From contig ML996696.1 of assembly GCA_010356995.1 (NCBI GenBank), forward strand, positions 188,364-252,363: DNA of 64,000 nucleotides, given 5' to 3'. This DNA is from Trichodelitschia bisporula. Taxonomy: Eukaryota. Positions 21,689-35,011 of the stretch are shown here, piece by piece (position 1 is the first letter of the stretch; every line of letters begins with the position of its first letter). Both the position numbers and the translations under genes were made by a program. The notes under the pieces are model-generated. The model was not told the DNA's origin and ran no database searches. It saw only the letters and a program-made list of their open reading frames with translations.

Positions 21689-24600
21689 TCACAGCACCAA
21701 CCACTTCTCCGTAATCTTCCTCGCGCCCTCCATATCCCCCGCAATCGCCAAAAGCGTCTGCATCGCAAACGCCGCCTCCGGCGCAAAATTCTCCACCACA
21801 GCCTTCTTCTCCGCGCGCGCCTCCTCGCGCACCCGCGGACTCAACTCCAGAACCTTGTCATACTCGGGTAGGGCGAGATGCATCAAGCCCAGCGAGTGCC
21901 ACATGAGCCCGACATTAAACGCCGCCTCCTGCTCGTGCACCGCCTTGCCGGACTTGGTGCGCAACTCGCGGTAGCGGAAGAGGAAGGCTAGGCCCTGCTG
22001 GATCTGCATCTGGCGGTTCTCAGACTGGCGCTTGTAGGCCCACTGGGTGTAGGAGATGGCGATGCACAGGTTGAGCGTCGGATCTTCGGGCCGTAGGGTG
22101 TAGGCGCGGAAGTAGTAATTCAGCGCCGTGGTGTAGGTGCCCGCGACGAACATCATGTGACCGTAGAGGGCGAGGAGCGCAGGGTCGTGTTTCGGGGGCC
22201 CATCGACTTCGCCCCATTTTACGCGCTCGCCGTCGGTGAAGAGCCATGTATTCCGGTTTTTGTCATCCAGCAGCAGGTAGTCCATGCCTTTGACTTGGCG
22301 CATGACGAATTTTTGCTCGGGGCCGGAGTTGAAAAAGCCGGTTTTGGATCGGCAGAAGCGGTTGATTGTGCTAAAGAGCTGCCAGGCTTCACTGGCGAAG
22401 CTGTGCTGCCGGACGTACCAGCGAGCTTGTTCGGTGGCTTTTTGGTCGTCCTCAAGGATGATGGCGCAGGCTGGTGGTCGGTTAGTGGGGTACATAACAG
22501 TGGGAAGCACTTGAAGACTTACACAGTGACACAGCGCGCACGGCATACACGCGGTCATCCTCATGAACAAAAACGTTCGCGCGCCCGGCTGTTTCAAGCA
22601 CGTCCCAGCACCGGTTCGAGTCCCCCATCTTCGCCAACGTCAGAGCGTACTCCAGCAGCACATCCAGCCAGTTATCGAAAGGAATCTTGCGGTACTCCGT
22701 CGGAGCTTCGACTTCGACCTGGTCAGGGTCGACAAACTCTTCGTCTTCGGGAAGGTTGACATGCCGATTGTCCCACCGGAAGCCGGTGAATTTAGTGCCT
22801 TTATCACGGGGGAAGAAGGCGCGCTGGTTGCGGAAGGATTCAAAGAGTTCGGTTGCGAGAGTTACCCACTCTTCCATGGCAGCGGTATCATCCTCCTTCT
22901 TGTCCTCAAGTGCCACCATGGCGTCATAGATAGCCCGAACCACGCCGTCCAGATGCCGCTCATGCTCCTGCCTCGCTTCGCCTCTGTAGTTCGGTTGCCC
23001 TGGCCGCTTCTCCTTCCGAGGCCTCCTAGCCCCAGTCCCTCTTGCTTCCTGGATCAGATAGTCGATGTCAGCACCTTCGCCAGTGGTTGAAGGATTGTTC
23101 TTCGTGTTTGGTTGCTCCTGTAGAAGCGGTAGACCCGAGTCCCGCACCATCTGATAGGCGCCAATGCGCCGGAGCTGATGAATCATCTTCCACATTTGGT
23201 CATCCTTTCCCTGCGCTTGATACAACTTTGCAAGACCGACGAGAAACTGCGGGTCTTTGCTGTTGTACTTCAGATGCTGAATGCTTCGCTTGACGTCCTC
23301 GTCGCGGCCCAGGGCTTGGTAGCATATAGCAATCTCAAAGTAGAAGACCGAATCCAAAACTTGAGGGGTGTTCAGCAGCGGCTCATAGAACCGAAGAGCC
23401 TCGGTATAGTGGCTTGACTCTCGCAGAGCATCACCGACCTCCCGGAACAGTTCGGGATATTCGTAGAGATAGGATATGTTTGACAGGTCCTCCGGATGCA
23501 AGAACTCCAGATGGAACTTGAAAACGTGAGCAGATTCAAAAAGAGGGGACATCCCATACCTTAGCCTCTTCAAAGTGCTCCGGTCCCATCCACAGTCTGA
23601 TCAGACCAAGCCTCTCGCGCATTTCGACAGGCAAACTTTCGCCGTATAGCGAAGGATCATACCTCCCAGGAATGAACTGTGGCACCTTGATCCTCCGCGG
23701 TTGATCCTCCACATCCCACTCGGTATCATCGGGAAATTCATCCCAGTACGTCTCTTCCGCCCGACCAAGAAGCCAGCGCGAGATGGACCGGAGCCGAAAG
23801 AGAGCCTCCTCGTAGCGTTTCGCTTGGTTAAGCAGATCCACGAAGAAGCTCATGAGTTGCCAGAGCATGTCGGGGTCTAGACCCGGCGGACCCTCCATAG
23901 CATTCTCGAAGTATGCCTCGAATACTGGAACAGCGGCAGCCGTATCCTTCAGCGTGCTTGTAATCTCAGCCAATTCGATGAGAACCTCGGTGTCGTAGGG
24001 TTCGGTCTTGAGTAAAACGAAGCACTCATTCTTCGAGCGGACGTGATGGCCCAAGGCGCGATGGTTCTTCATTCGCCCAACACGGGCCGCGTAGTCTTTG
24101 GGGTTCATCTCGAGAATGCGTGAGTAGCAGTATCCCAGCTTCTCCTTCGTGGCGCGGTCGTCGATACCAATCTCGTTGAAGCGATCGACAACATACCACC
24201 ACGCAGCAGCGTCAGCGGCAGAGTGGGCGCCGGCAAACAGAGCGCCGAGAGCATCTTCAAACCGCCCTTTCTTAACGAGAATCTCAGCGATTGTTCCATG
24301 CAGAGGGAAAACTTCCGGGTTAATCTTGACGGCCTCCAGAGCATACTTGTATGCCGAGTCCCAGTCCTCCCTAAGCCAAGCCTTTGTCACAAGTCCATTA
24401 AGTCGCGCAAACTCGGGACTCTGCTCTGCTTCGGCCTGCTGTCTCTTTCTCGCTTTCTTCCCTATCCGCTTGGGTGCCGCAGTGAGCCGGTTTCGAGCAG
24501 CAATCTGCGCCGCTGTCATACGATGTGCTCCTTCTAGCCCCCTAGAAGCGCGACCTTTCTTCTTTGAGCGCACCGCTCCCTCGAGCGGCTCATCCAGTTC

Positions 24601-24930
24601 ATCATCCAATAGGTCATCAGGTTCGGAACCCTGTTCGGAGATGGCGTATTCCGGATCATCAGAGGAGTCCTCCTCTGGTACAACCACGTCGTCGTCGTCG
24701 TCTTCTGGTTCATCATCTTCGTCAGATCCGGATACCTCGAAATCGATATCGCGAATCAGCATCTGGTCGTTCATTTCCCGATAGCCTGAGTAGGGTACTG
24801 GAGGGTCAGGATATGACCCGCCCCGAGGATCGCCATAGCTGTATGCTGACTGGAGAGCTGGATCTGCGGTTTGGAAAAAGGGATACTGAACGTTGTCCCG
24901 CTCGTCATACCCTGGCTCGGGGTAATTCAT
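21689..24930 (-). CDS. TFC4: RNA polymerase III transcription factor TFIIIC TPR subunit (Tfc4/Sfc4, tau131)
   Basis: Acidic N-terminus, TPR-like helices, RSISRWLLGRAEETYWD, C-terminal YYFRAY...LNLCIAISY...KRQSENRQMQIQQGLAFLFRY...QEAAFNVG; introns ~23517-23559 and ~22471-22522. Confidence 0.88.
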
Positions 24931-25414
24931 GTCGGATATAGCGAGCTGTATCGAGCCAAGGATGTCTGAAGAAACAGATCAGTCAAGGTTCGTTATCCAC
25001 CCCAACTAATTCATGGAAGGGGACGTGGAAGAGCTCGGTCGGTGCGATACATTTGACGTTGCCACGAGAAGGAAATGATAAATTCGGTCCACTCGAAAGT
25101 CGTCCTCCGACTTTGACCAAACACCTTGCCGCAACGCTTGGCATAAACACGTGACACTGTACACAGTGATGAACAGTAAACAGACCAGGAAGCGTTTTCA
25201 CTAAGAGCCTAGTCGGCATATAGGTAGAGTAGGCTGACACTTAGTAGGCCGATCACAGGAGCTTCCGTAGTCTAGATGGCTACTCGTGGAGCACAGCAAC
25301 ACACTGAAACACCTACTCTTCATCGAGCCGCAGGAGCTCGTTCTTATCCCCAAATGGTATTTAACCCTAACGCCTCGCAATGCCATAGCCAGCCCAATTG
25401 ATGCAATGGGAACT

Positions 25415-26093
25415 TCAGACGCTTTCGCCCGCGTCCCCCATCCCAACCATTTCATATGTGCCCCCACCATCCCTCCCCCGTCCTCGCCCTCTCCCTCGAC
25501 CGACACCAACGCCATCTTCTTCAGATTCCGGCGCAGCCTGTGCACTTGATGACTCTGCAGACCGCGGAGTGCCACCGAAGCTGATCGGCCGGAGCTCCCG
25601 CCATCGACAGGCCCACATCCCAAGGCTGGTCATGGTGCCTGCGCTCGTAACTTGAAGCGCCCACCAGAAGCTCCAGTATGGGATCGAGCGGGTATAGAGT
25701 GAGGTGATGATGAGGTGGAAGAAGTGGAGAGTGACGGCAAAATCCAGCACAAGCTTCGAGCGTGCGACGATGAGGAGGATCAGAACAGCACTAGAAAACG
25801 AGATTAGCACTATATCAAGTACGAAACAGGGTAGCCTAGACGTACCCGACGACGCTATTCAGCATCCAGACAAGACCTAGCATCCACCCAGCGGTGGTGT
25901 CGCTGCGGATCGTCTGCCAGTCGAACAACAGCCCCAGCTTTAGGTCTTTCCCAGCCACCAACGCAGTGAAGACTATGAGGACGGTCGCAGAAACGTAGTA
26001 CGCCAGCTGTAAGACGAGAATCTGAGAGAGAATGCGCAGCGGCGCGAGGTCTGCGAGAGCGCCAGGGCGCGGAGGACGGCGCTTGCGCGGCAT
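25415..26093 (-). CDS. SYS1: Golgi integral membrane protein Sys1
   Basis: PLRILSQILVLQLAYY, VARSKLVLDFAVTLHFFHL and GMWACRWRELRPI motifs; intron 25791-25845. Confidence 0.92.
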
Positions 26094-26533
26094 GGCCTTG
26101 TGTTGTAGCAGTCGTAGTGCGGTCTCATTAGGCGTCTAGCGCAGTAAGCTTGCGATGGGATGAATACGCGATGCCAGTAGTATGAGTCCAGTGATCGGTG
26201 AAGTGTCACAATAAAGTCGTGTTCCTGAGCTGCGCCCGAACGGAGTACGTTTCTGATGACATGGATAATCATTGGAGGCTGGCGCGATCCTCGAGGGAAG
26301 GAGTCGGACCGATGCCAAGACAGCGCGTCACTTTTCTCCAAGCAACATCTTTACGCTCACCAAACTCAGATGTTGAAGAGCGACATCAAAACACCTAGTT
26401 GACCTCTCACCATCTCATCTACGGCAAGGCACGTTCGGGCCTACACTCGCCATAACTCGGCTTTTCTCGGCGGGAATCAGTCGACCTGGAAATTTAAACA
26501 TTGTCATCCATTCATACCACTTCCGCCGCCAAC

Positions 26534-27007
26534 ATGGGCTTGTTCTCATCATCTGGATCTAAAACCGCGTCCTCATCAGACACCGGACTCTACGAAGCTC
26601 CAGGAAGAACCTCTCGAGTCAAGTGCTGGGATGCACGTGATACGTACTTCCAGTGCCTCGACCGCAACAACATCCTCGACGCTCTGAAGCACGAGGAAGA
26701 CGCCGCCCGATTGTGCGGCAAGGAGTCCCAGGCATTCGAGGGAAATTGTGCGTTGAGCTGGGTAAGTCGGCACCATCTTCTTCCTCTATAGTGCCGGGCC
26801 CGGTCCATCAGGCGGATGTTGTTTCTGAGTGAAACAAGCTCAACGTCGCCGCAGAGCACGATCGATGTGACTGTGTCATTTGATCAAATTCAGAACTTAG
26901 ACTGACGTCAAATGAAGGTGAAATACTTCAAGCAAAGACGGGTCGCCGAGTATGAAAAGGAGCAGCTCCTGAAGAAGCAGGCGGCCGAAAGCTTTCCCTC
27001 TCGATAG
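26534..27007 (+). CDS. COA6: Cytochrome c oxidase assembly factor Coa6 (COX6B-like)
   Basis: RVKCWDARDTYFQCLD...C...FEGNCALSW|VKYFKQRR; intron 26762-26917. Confidence 0.9.
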
Positions 27008-28526
27008 AACCCCAAATCCAACTCAAGTGAGCCAAGAACGGATGCCCGGTGAATTGGCCAGGTGCGTTCCTCGCCAGACCGGCCGCGCTAACGAGGCTGA
27101 TCTTGCGCCAAAGAGCTGTACGTACATGCGCTACAAAGTTGCATACAGCGAATAGTCTATTGGTTCACGCATCCGGACTGCGGGAGAAGCCGCATTCGGG
27201 TTGATGAGGTGCGAGATCGTGCATGATGTTGTGGTGCTGTCAGACTTGCAGCTGGCATACCGCGCTTAGAGGCCCGATAAAGCACACTGAAGACGCCGCT
27301 TAACCCCAAACATTGAATAGACCGTGGACCTGCGGTGCCCACGTCAGTGGTACCATCTCCGCATTTTCTGCAACCTTGGATATGGGCGACAATGTACATT
27401 AGTGAATTTCGGATATCCAAAGAATCAGTTGGGGCTGTTTACTAACCAGCGCCAGCGCCGGCGCGCGCTTGTCCCGTCTATCGGAACCGATTGCACCACG
27501 CCTTGTCAAAGCCGCTATTATTTGCACCCCACCCCACCCCAATATCCAATTCGCCCTGGGGCAGCTAGTCGGCCACTCCGAAGTACCTAATTTCTCGGTG
27601 TAGGTCCGGTGAATTCCATAGGATAGCTGTACGCGCCATAAGCCACGATGATGCGAATCGCAAGGCGTTTCGCGGCGTCGACTAGGGTTGCCCTAACCGG
27701 TTAGGTACATTCGACCAAAAGAGGCGCTTTCAACGCTAGAATGCGGATGCAATCGGTGTGCGCCATAAGGAACACTCGGACAGGCACCTAACGCACAGCA
27801 TTTCCCCTCCTGCCGGCGAGGTTATCTGGATCAACTTCTCCGGGACCCTCGCCCCGGGGGCAGAGTGGTCCTCCAAAGCAACAATTCGCCTGGGCACGAC
27901 GCCGTGAGAACACTTGATCGACAGGCAGAAAAAGCAACCTCTTCACGCCTCCTGCAAGGACAACATAGTCGAGCTGACGACGGCGCACCGCGCACATTTC
28001 CGCAAAAAGGGCATGGCCAAAAGCAAGCAACCGGTCAAGTTTTTTTTATCAGTATTTCCTAGGCCAGCAGAAATTTGTGGGGAGAAAGCAATTACGTAGC
28101 TCGAGCTGTCGGGCTGGCGCTGTTAACCCCCATCTTCAACGTCATATCCATTGGACCCCCGCGTCGTATGATACAGCGCGAGAAGCATACCCCACCACCG
28201 ACTCCCAAACTCCGCTCCGCCTGACTTCGCCCTCAAATGCCAAAGGCCCAAAGCGGCGACCGGCCCGCAGGCCAGGAATCCGCGCAGCCCGTCTAAACGG
28301 GACTTGGTGACGACGCCTGTCTTCTCCTGCCGCTAGATGAGTCCAGCTTCTCCAGCAGCAGGTTCAGCACGTGCCCCTGCCAGGGAAGAAAAAGGAAGAC
28401 ACCGGAGAAAGCCATTGGCGCCCCTCTCTTTGACGATTCGCCTCTGAATGAACCGGATTTTTTTGCCCAATCACTTCCACCCAGTTACCATACAACGCAT
28501 CGTGCATAGTCTTCAGGTCGATCTCA

Positions 28527-29469
28527 TTACCGGTAGGAGGTGTGGAATATCTGCGACGGATCGAACACTTCCTTGAACGTCTCTAGGTCGGATGCGGCCG
28601 TCTTGGAGCTGCTCGATTGGGAGATGTCAATGGCGAAGACCACGTCGTTGAAGGCGCCTAGAAATTCCTCGGTTGCGAAGAGAAGCTCCTTCCACATATG
28701 GGCAACTTCGCGGACGGGATTGCGGAAGACGGGGCCGATGCCAAATGCTCCAATGCAGATTTCTTTGTGCTTGCAGTAAGCGGCGATGCGGAGTATGGTC
28801 TTCATCTTCTCCTTCATGAGCTCCTTCTCTTGCTCGAACGAGTATTTGGTGCCGGTCTCGTCCAATTTGGGACGACGAACCGGCGCCACTGAGATCACTG
28901 GCAATTCTTTCGGCTCACGCCAGATTTCGTACTGATCCGGGCCGTCGCGGAACACGACTGGTGGAGGCAGGTGTCAGCCTGTCAGCCGTTCAAGGGTGAG
29001 GGGGTGTGGTGGGGGTATACTCACCAACCCTTGGGGAATATATCCCTCCCGTCTGAGGGATTGGATAGTGTGACGATGCATAGCCGTATAACGAAGTAGG
29101 AAGCGCGGAGACAAGGTTGCTTCTCCGAGCAAAACACTCCTCGGGTGCCATGAGTCCCGACTCCCAGTCTCCGCCGGGCCGTTTTTCGTTCGCCATGTTC
29201 ACGACAGGCACGCGCTGAACGGGTGTACCTTCAGAGACGTTCTGAACCGAGTACTGGTACCAGCCAAGAGCTACGTCGACGGCATCTCCCTCCATGACCG
29301 CAATTCGGGGGTGGCTGCCGGACCTCTGCATTTGGGGGACTGTGATGCAGTTGGAATCGGGGTACAAGACGGAGCGGGACGAATCCCCCATCGTGGAGTT
29401 GATCCATGGAATGTACACGCGTTTGGCCTCTGCGGCAATTTCAGAAGGCTTTGGCTTTGCTTGAGGCAT
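28527..29469 (-). CDS. TIGR02452/DUF2263-type macrodomain protein (microbial PARG-like)
   Basis: VVNMANEKRPGGDWESGLMAPEECFARRSNL, GIYSP|VVFR, ISVAPV and IGAFGIGPVFRNP motifs; intron ~28959-29024. Confidence 0.85.
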
Positions 29470-32400
29470 GACTGAATGCTGGAAATGTGATAAGAGGAGC
29501 AGAGGCGATTTGGAAAGGGGAGTGAATGTGAAGCTGTTGGTAGCCAGCGAACCAGAGGCCGTGGGGGGAGGTCATATAAATATAGTGGGAGAGTGGATGA
29601 TAGAAAACAGACGGGTCAAGGCTAGAGATGAACAACACCTACCTTTGTCCGTAATGGTCCCCTTGGGAAGAAGAGAGGGGTGTGTGGGATGGCATGCAGC
29701 ATGGAAGCCTGTACCAACCGGCGGGTTTTCCTTGGTGGGAGGATCATGACGAATGGAGTCGAGAATGCAACGAGGAAGCTTCGATGGAAATGCAACACGA
29801 AGCCATCTAACAAGCAATTGGGGCGTTTGCGATGATAGCGCAGGTGATACTCCAAGGGAGCACAAGGTGGCGCCGATGTAGGTAACCTCGATGCTGCAGC
29901 TTCCCTGTACCAGATCGCACCGAGGACCAGGTAGCTAGGCCGGGGGTGGGAGTGCTGTCACTGGGGAGATGGGAAGTGGGGAGAATGGGGGTGGGCGAGG
30001 TGGTGTGGGGGAGAGGGGGGAGGGTGGTATCTGATGGGGGCAGCTAAATCAGATGGCGCATACTCGTAGTCGCAGTAAGGACGTGGAGAAGTCATATTGT
30101 TAGCCGTCCGCTAGCTCTGCGACTGAGAACGAGTAGGAGTAGGAAGAGAGCACGACGTGGGAGATGCAGCTACGTAACTCCTTCGTACTTGTCTGAGGGC
30201 GTAGGCGTAGGCGTATGCAATACGGCGAGAGACTAGGTTAGCTGATGCTAGCAAACTCGGAGTACATCGGAGGGGTGGAGAACATCTCCCAAACGATAAG
30301 GTTAGGACATAGCCAAGGCGATTGAATCAAGAATACAGAGGTGTTTCGAGAGCAAGGCTGTGAGATAGCTTATGCGTAGGATGTGAACAGGATGAGGCGG
30401 TGGAGATGGGTTAGAATGATAGGACAGAGGACAGAGAAGGGAGTGGAGGGAATCAAACATGAGAGATCACGACCCTTGAACCACGTTTGATCTTCCCGTC
30501 CCGTCCATCTCGCTCTCCCACCCATACACACCCACACCACCACCACTACCCCGGCTGACTCGCTTTGCTCAGATCTTGCGGTGCCCCAGATCTTGCATTC
30601 AAGTCTTTTTTGTGCCGAGCTGCACGATAAACCAGTGGTGACGGTCGTGGCTTAAAACTTACCGCCTCTCGACGGTCACTCCTCTCCCATCGCTGGGGCC
30701 CCAAGCCTAACTATCGTGGACCTCCCAAGTGGCTTATCATTCAGCTTCACCTCTGGCTTCTCACAGTACCTCCGTACTCCGGTGGTGCCATTTCAGCTGC
30801 TGTCGAACCAACTGTCTCCACCATTGAGCATTGATGAGATTCGTCGAACTCCTTACCCACGGGATGGCAATGACATTTTTGCCTCACGTACCGCACATAC
30901 TTCCGCCTCCACGCTCTTCGTGCCTTCTGCCGCGTCGGAGTCGCTTTCCGCCCTCCATCTTAAATGCGACTGGCTGTATTCGCACTACCTAGTCCGCAGG
31001 GCGACTCGTACAATTGGCTTTTGGCCTCGCTCCAATTTCAAATATTCCTCCTGTTAGCACGCTCGTTAACCGCAGTGCATGCGCGATGCAAGGATCGACA
31101 AGCCATGGATGTCTGCGGTGCTCTCCTCAACCCTCGACAACTTGCCCCTCTCCGGGGCTGCACGCCAACGGCAAGTGCTGGCATGCTCCATGCGGCAACT
31201 CGATTCGTATGCCGCCTGAGATAATCTGGCAATGCTGAAAACGGGAAGCATCGAAGGCATCGGTACCTCACAAGCTGATTGTCTCTCTTCCACGCGGCGG
31301 ACGCACCTTCTGACCTGCAGGTTGCAAGTCAACTACCTAACGGTCTTTCCTCGATCCTCCCAGAGCCTCGAATTTCAACCAAATCGCATGCATGGATGAC
31401 GGACTGGAGAATCGAGTCACCGGCGTTGTGCGGCATAGACCGGACCATAAGGCATCACATGCGATGAGACGACGCGTCGCGTTATAGAGCACAAGATCCG
31501 TCATGTGTACGCATAATGAAGGCTAGGTACATCCTTCACGATCTTCACAGCTTCACCACATATGGATGCGGGGACTTTTTGCGTCCTGACAGCCATCTGA
31601 AACACCAGATTCCGTTGCCTGCCTTTTGATGGAGCGGCAAGCCCCTGAAATCATTCCGCTTTGGCATGGTGCGATAGCCGAAACGCCGTGTTTCCACAGT
31701 ACGGCAGTTCCGAGTCAGATGGTGCCATGCGACGCTTGGATACAGGAACGGTATCGACATGTGAAGCGAATCGCCAGAGCCGCAACTGCTTTGTATACTG
31801 AACCCGAAAGGGGAAGTAGGTGTGAATCCGATCTCTCCCGGAAACAAGGGAGGCGGGACGGTAGGCCGACGATATCTGCTATCCCGATAGCCGTAAACGT
31901 CAAGTATAAGCCCCCACCGCTGGGGTGTGAGCTACCTCGATCGATACCAGCAGCCTCGCAGCAAACGTGACTTTCAAATGCCGATCCGTTTGGTACGACG
32001 CATCTGAATCAGCTGCAGTGAGACGGGAGCACACCAACGGCATTCCCAACGTAGAATCGATGCAACGGAAAACCGTTTTATTCCATTCCGCGAACCTTCC
32101 AGAGAGTTGCCCGGACTGTATCATCTGTCTTACCCGCGTACCGTAGAACTGTCCGAAACGCCGACTTATGCCGATGCGCGCCGTCAGTCCAAGGATCGAT
32201 GGATCGAAAAACGGACGCATTTGGAGAGAGTTTCCAGGTGTTGGAGCGAGAGAAGGACTTTCACGGTTTGGTCGCGTCATGTTTTTGGGAGGACCAAACA
32301 CGCCATACAAGGCTGTCAAGCGTGGCGCGCCAGATCGAGTCCATCTCAGATCCTTGAGCTTGGGCTTCGTGCAGCTCGCCAATCGTAAAACGCCGTACGG

Positions 32401-33737
32401 TACATGGGCTGCCGGCATCGCGGCAACGGGGGAACATCGAACCACCAGGACGCAGCTCCGTTTACTTTGTCTTCGACCGCTTTTCCACATCCGTTACACC
32501 CTCATCTTGTCTCTGCACCGCAACTCACGTCATTTGAGCCAGGTCCCGCTTCTTTTGTCCGCCTCTTGTTGTGTATCTCACTCTCGTACAGCGCCCTGCG
32601 CCCTTCCGCAGCATGTATCACTGCAAACCTTGATTATCACTCGTTGCTCGATGATTGCTCCCCTCATGGAGTTCATGAGACAATTTGAATACCTTCCACT
32701 CCATTCTTACCCTATGTCGAACATCTAAGAGCCCTTCTTTGACCTTTGATCTCTGTTCAAGTCTCATTCCCGCACCCTTACGTCCAAAATTACTAATGAG
32801 CCGTGTTCTAGCACCTCCTAGCTTCCCGTTGCCCGGAAATACTTACCTCGCTGTCTCGTAGATGCGGACAAATGCGATAAACCCTTTCTACAAACCTCAC
32901 CTTGGCCAGCCTCGCAACAGCAGCACTGCGCATGGAGATTGTCGATACAGCTTTCAGCTACGGCGCCCAGAGTCACAAAAGGGGCCAATGCCTAGTTTTA
33001 CACCATAAACTCATTCCTTCCTCTGCCTCCGCAGTCGCTCACAACCTGTCTCATACGGTCCACTTGGTGATGCTTGGATGCAGAAGACAAAGTCATGCCG
33101 TCTAAAAAAGGGTTTCCTCACATCGATCTTCAGAGAGCGGGTTGGCCACTCGACCGGCATTGGCCTGTCGGAGGTGCCCTTGTAAAATCGCAGCCTAACG
33201 GGAGAATTACGCGGCGATGTCGCTGCTCTCTCCATCGTAGATACATCGTCGAAGTCGAATTTCGTAGGCGTAGCCATAGTAGAATGTACAGTGAGGTCAG
33301 GCGGAGAGTTCCCCGGACTCTGCTCCATTATTACGTGAGGTGCGGGTTCTAGGCCCTCGTGTGCTGAAGCCGTTTGGTGTACGCTCAGTCGTTGAGGTGG
33401 TTGGATATCCCCGTCCCCTACGCCCGTCTCGCTACTTTCCCGCTGGGCGCCTGGGGGCACGCCGCCCGCCGAGCTGGGGGTGAGGTACGTCCTGTGCGGA
33501 GCTAGTTCGTCCCGCCGGCGACAGCTTTTTGCCTTCCAAGAGAAAAAAGTGCCTCCACACTCGGCGTTTACCCACGGCGACAACCTCTCCACCAAGTCAA
33601 AGTGTTCTGCGGAGCCATTCCTCCTCGTCATCCCCCACTCCAACCCCACCACCAATTCCAGGACTACATCTACATCCTACCCAATCCTCGCTCACGTACT
33701 GGCTTCACATCCGCTCTCCGAGGGATCGTCGCGGCAT

Positions 33738-35011
33738 ATGGCCGCTCCAGTAGAAGATGACGGCTACGAGTAGGAGTCCTCTCATACCGTGCATCGCTGC
33801 TCTTTAACACCCTCGTCTGTAGCTATGAGTCGCTGCCGCCGAATTTCTCACTCGGCGCGAACATGCTGGCTGGAGCCTTCGCCGGTATCGCGGTTCGTAC
33901 ACTACGCAATCCCCACCTTTCGTCCACCCGCTGACGTTTACTAGGAGCACTCGGTGATGTACCCAGTCGATCTCCTCAAGGTCCGCAGTCCGTAATGCCA
34001 CCAATGGGCCAGGCGCTGAACTTGTCTAGACTCGCATGCAAGTAGTGAACTCGTCGCCCACTGCTGTGTACTCGGGCATTTCCAATGCCATGATCACCAT
34101 TTCGCGCGTGGAAGGCTTTCGTACACTGTGGCGCGGCATTTCTAGTGTCGTACTGGGCGCAGGTCGGTTTTACTGAGCCTGAATACTGAGGTCTTGCGCT
34201 GAAACGCTGCAGGCCCCGCGCACGCCGTCTACTTTGCGACGTATGAGGCAGTCAAGCATGCGATGGGGGGGAACGAAGGACTCGCGCACGAGCACCATCC
34301 CCTGGCCGCTGGTACGTTGTGGAAGATGAACATAAGATCTCCGCTTACTGGTTTTAGCTGTCAGCGGTGCCTCCGCCACGATTGCCAGCGATGCTCTCAT
34401 GAACCCGTTTGACGGTAAGCAAGCGCGATCCGTTTCGTGTCGGTCTAACATATGCGCGCAGTCGTCAAGCAGCGGATGCAGTTACAAAATTCGGTGTACA
34501 AGTCCATCGGTCATTGCGCGCGTACAGTATTCCGGACTGAGGGCTTCTCCGCCTTCTACGTCTCGTACCCGACTACGCTCTGCATGACTGTCCCCTTCAC
34601 TGCCATTCAGTTCATGGCTTATGAATCGACCTCGAAGATTCTCAATCCCACCGGGCGCTACGATCCGTACACACACTGCTTTGCGGGTGCGCTCGCAGGT
34701 GGTGTAGCAGCCGGCATCACCACCCCCCTCGACGTCATTAAGACCCTCCTACAGACTCGCGGCACTGCGACGGAGACGGAGCTCCGTAACATCAAGGGTC
34801 TGTTCGATGCGGCCAAAATTCTGAAGGCGCGCGAAGGCTACAAGGGGTTCTTCCGGGGGCTGAAGCCGCGCATCGTGACAACGATGCCCAGCACGGCTAT
34901 CTGTTGGTGAGTGGAACATAGCGCATGTACACACCGATCTCAGTGCTAACTGCTCTTAGGTCTGGGTACGAGATGGCCAAAGCCTTCTTCATCAGGCGCA
35001 ATGAGGCTTGA
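33738..35011 (+). CDS. MRS4: Mitochondrial iron carrier mitoferrin (Mrs3/Mrs4)
   Basis: DYESLP, GAFAGIAEHSVMYPVD, GAGPAHAVYF, FYVSYPTTLCMTVPFTAIQF and TTPLDVIKTLLQ; about 7 short introns. Confidence 0.93.

Noticed and set aside
25166..25240. GTGATGA...CTGA box C/D-like pair
   Set aside because: No terminal stem, antisense to the flanking genes, and no recognisable rRNA guide.
25361..25371. TAACCCTAAC telomerase-template-like word
   Set aside because: Lies in a spacer under 500 bp with no room for a ~2-kb RNA; opposite the SYS1 3' UTR.
26761..26800. Possible stwintron in COA6
   Set aside because: A single GT-AG intron restores WVKYF in frame; a nested model breaks the frame.
32838..32848. 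ATACTTACCT resembling the U1 snRNA 5' end
   Set aside because: No U1 stem-loop I/II motifs or Sm site follow; better read as a - strand AG|GTAAGT donor.
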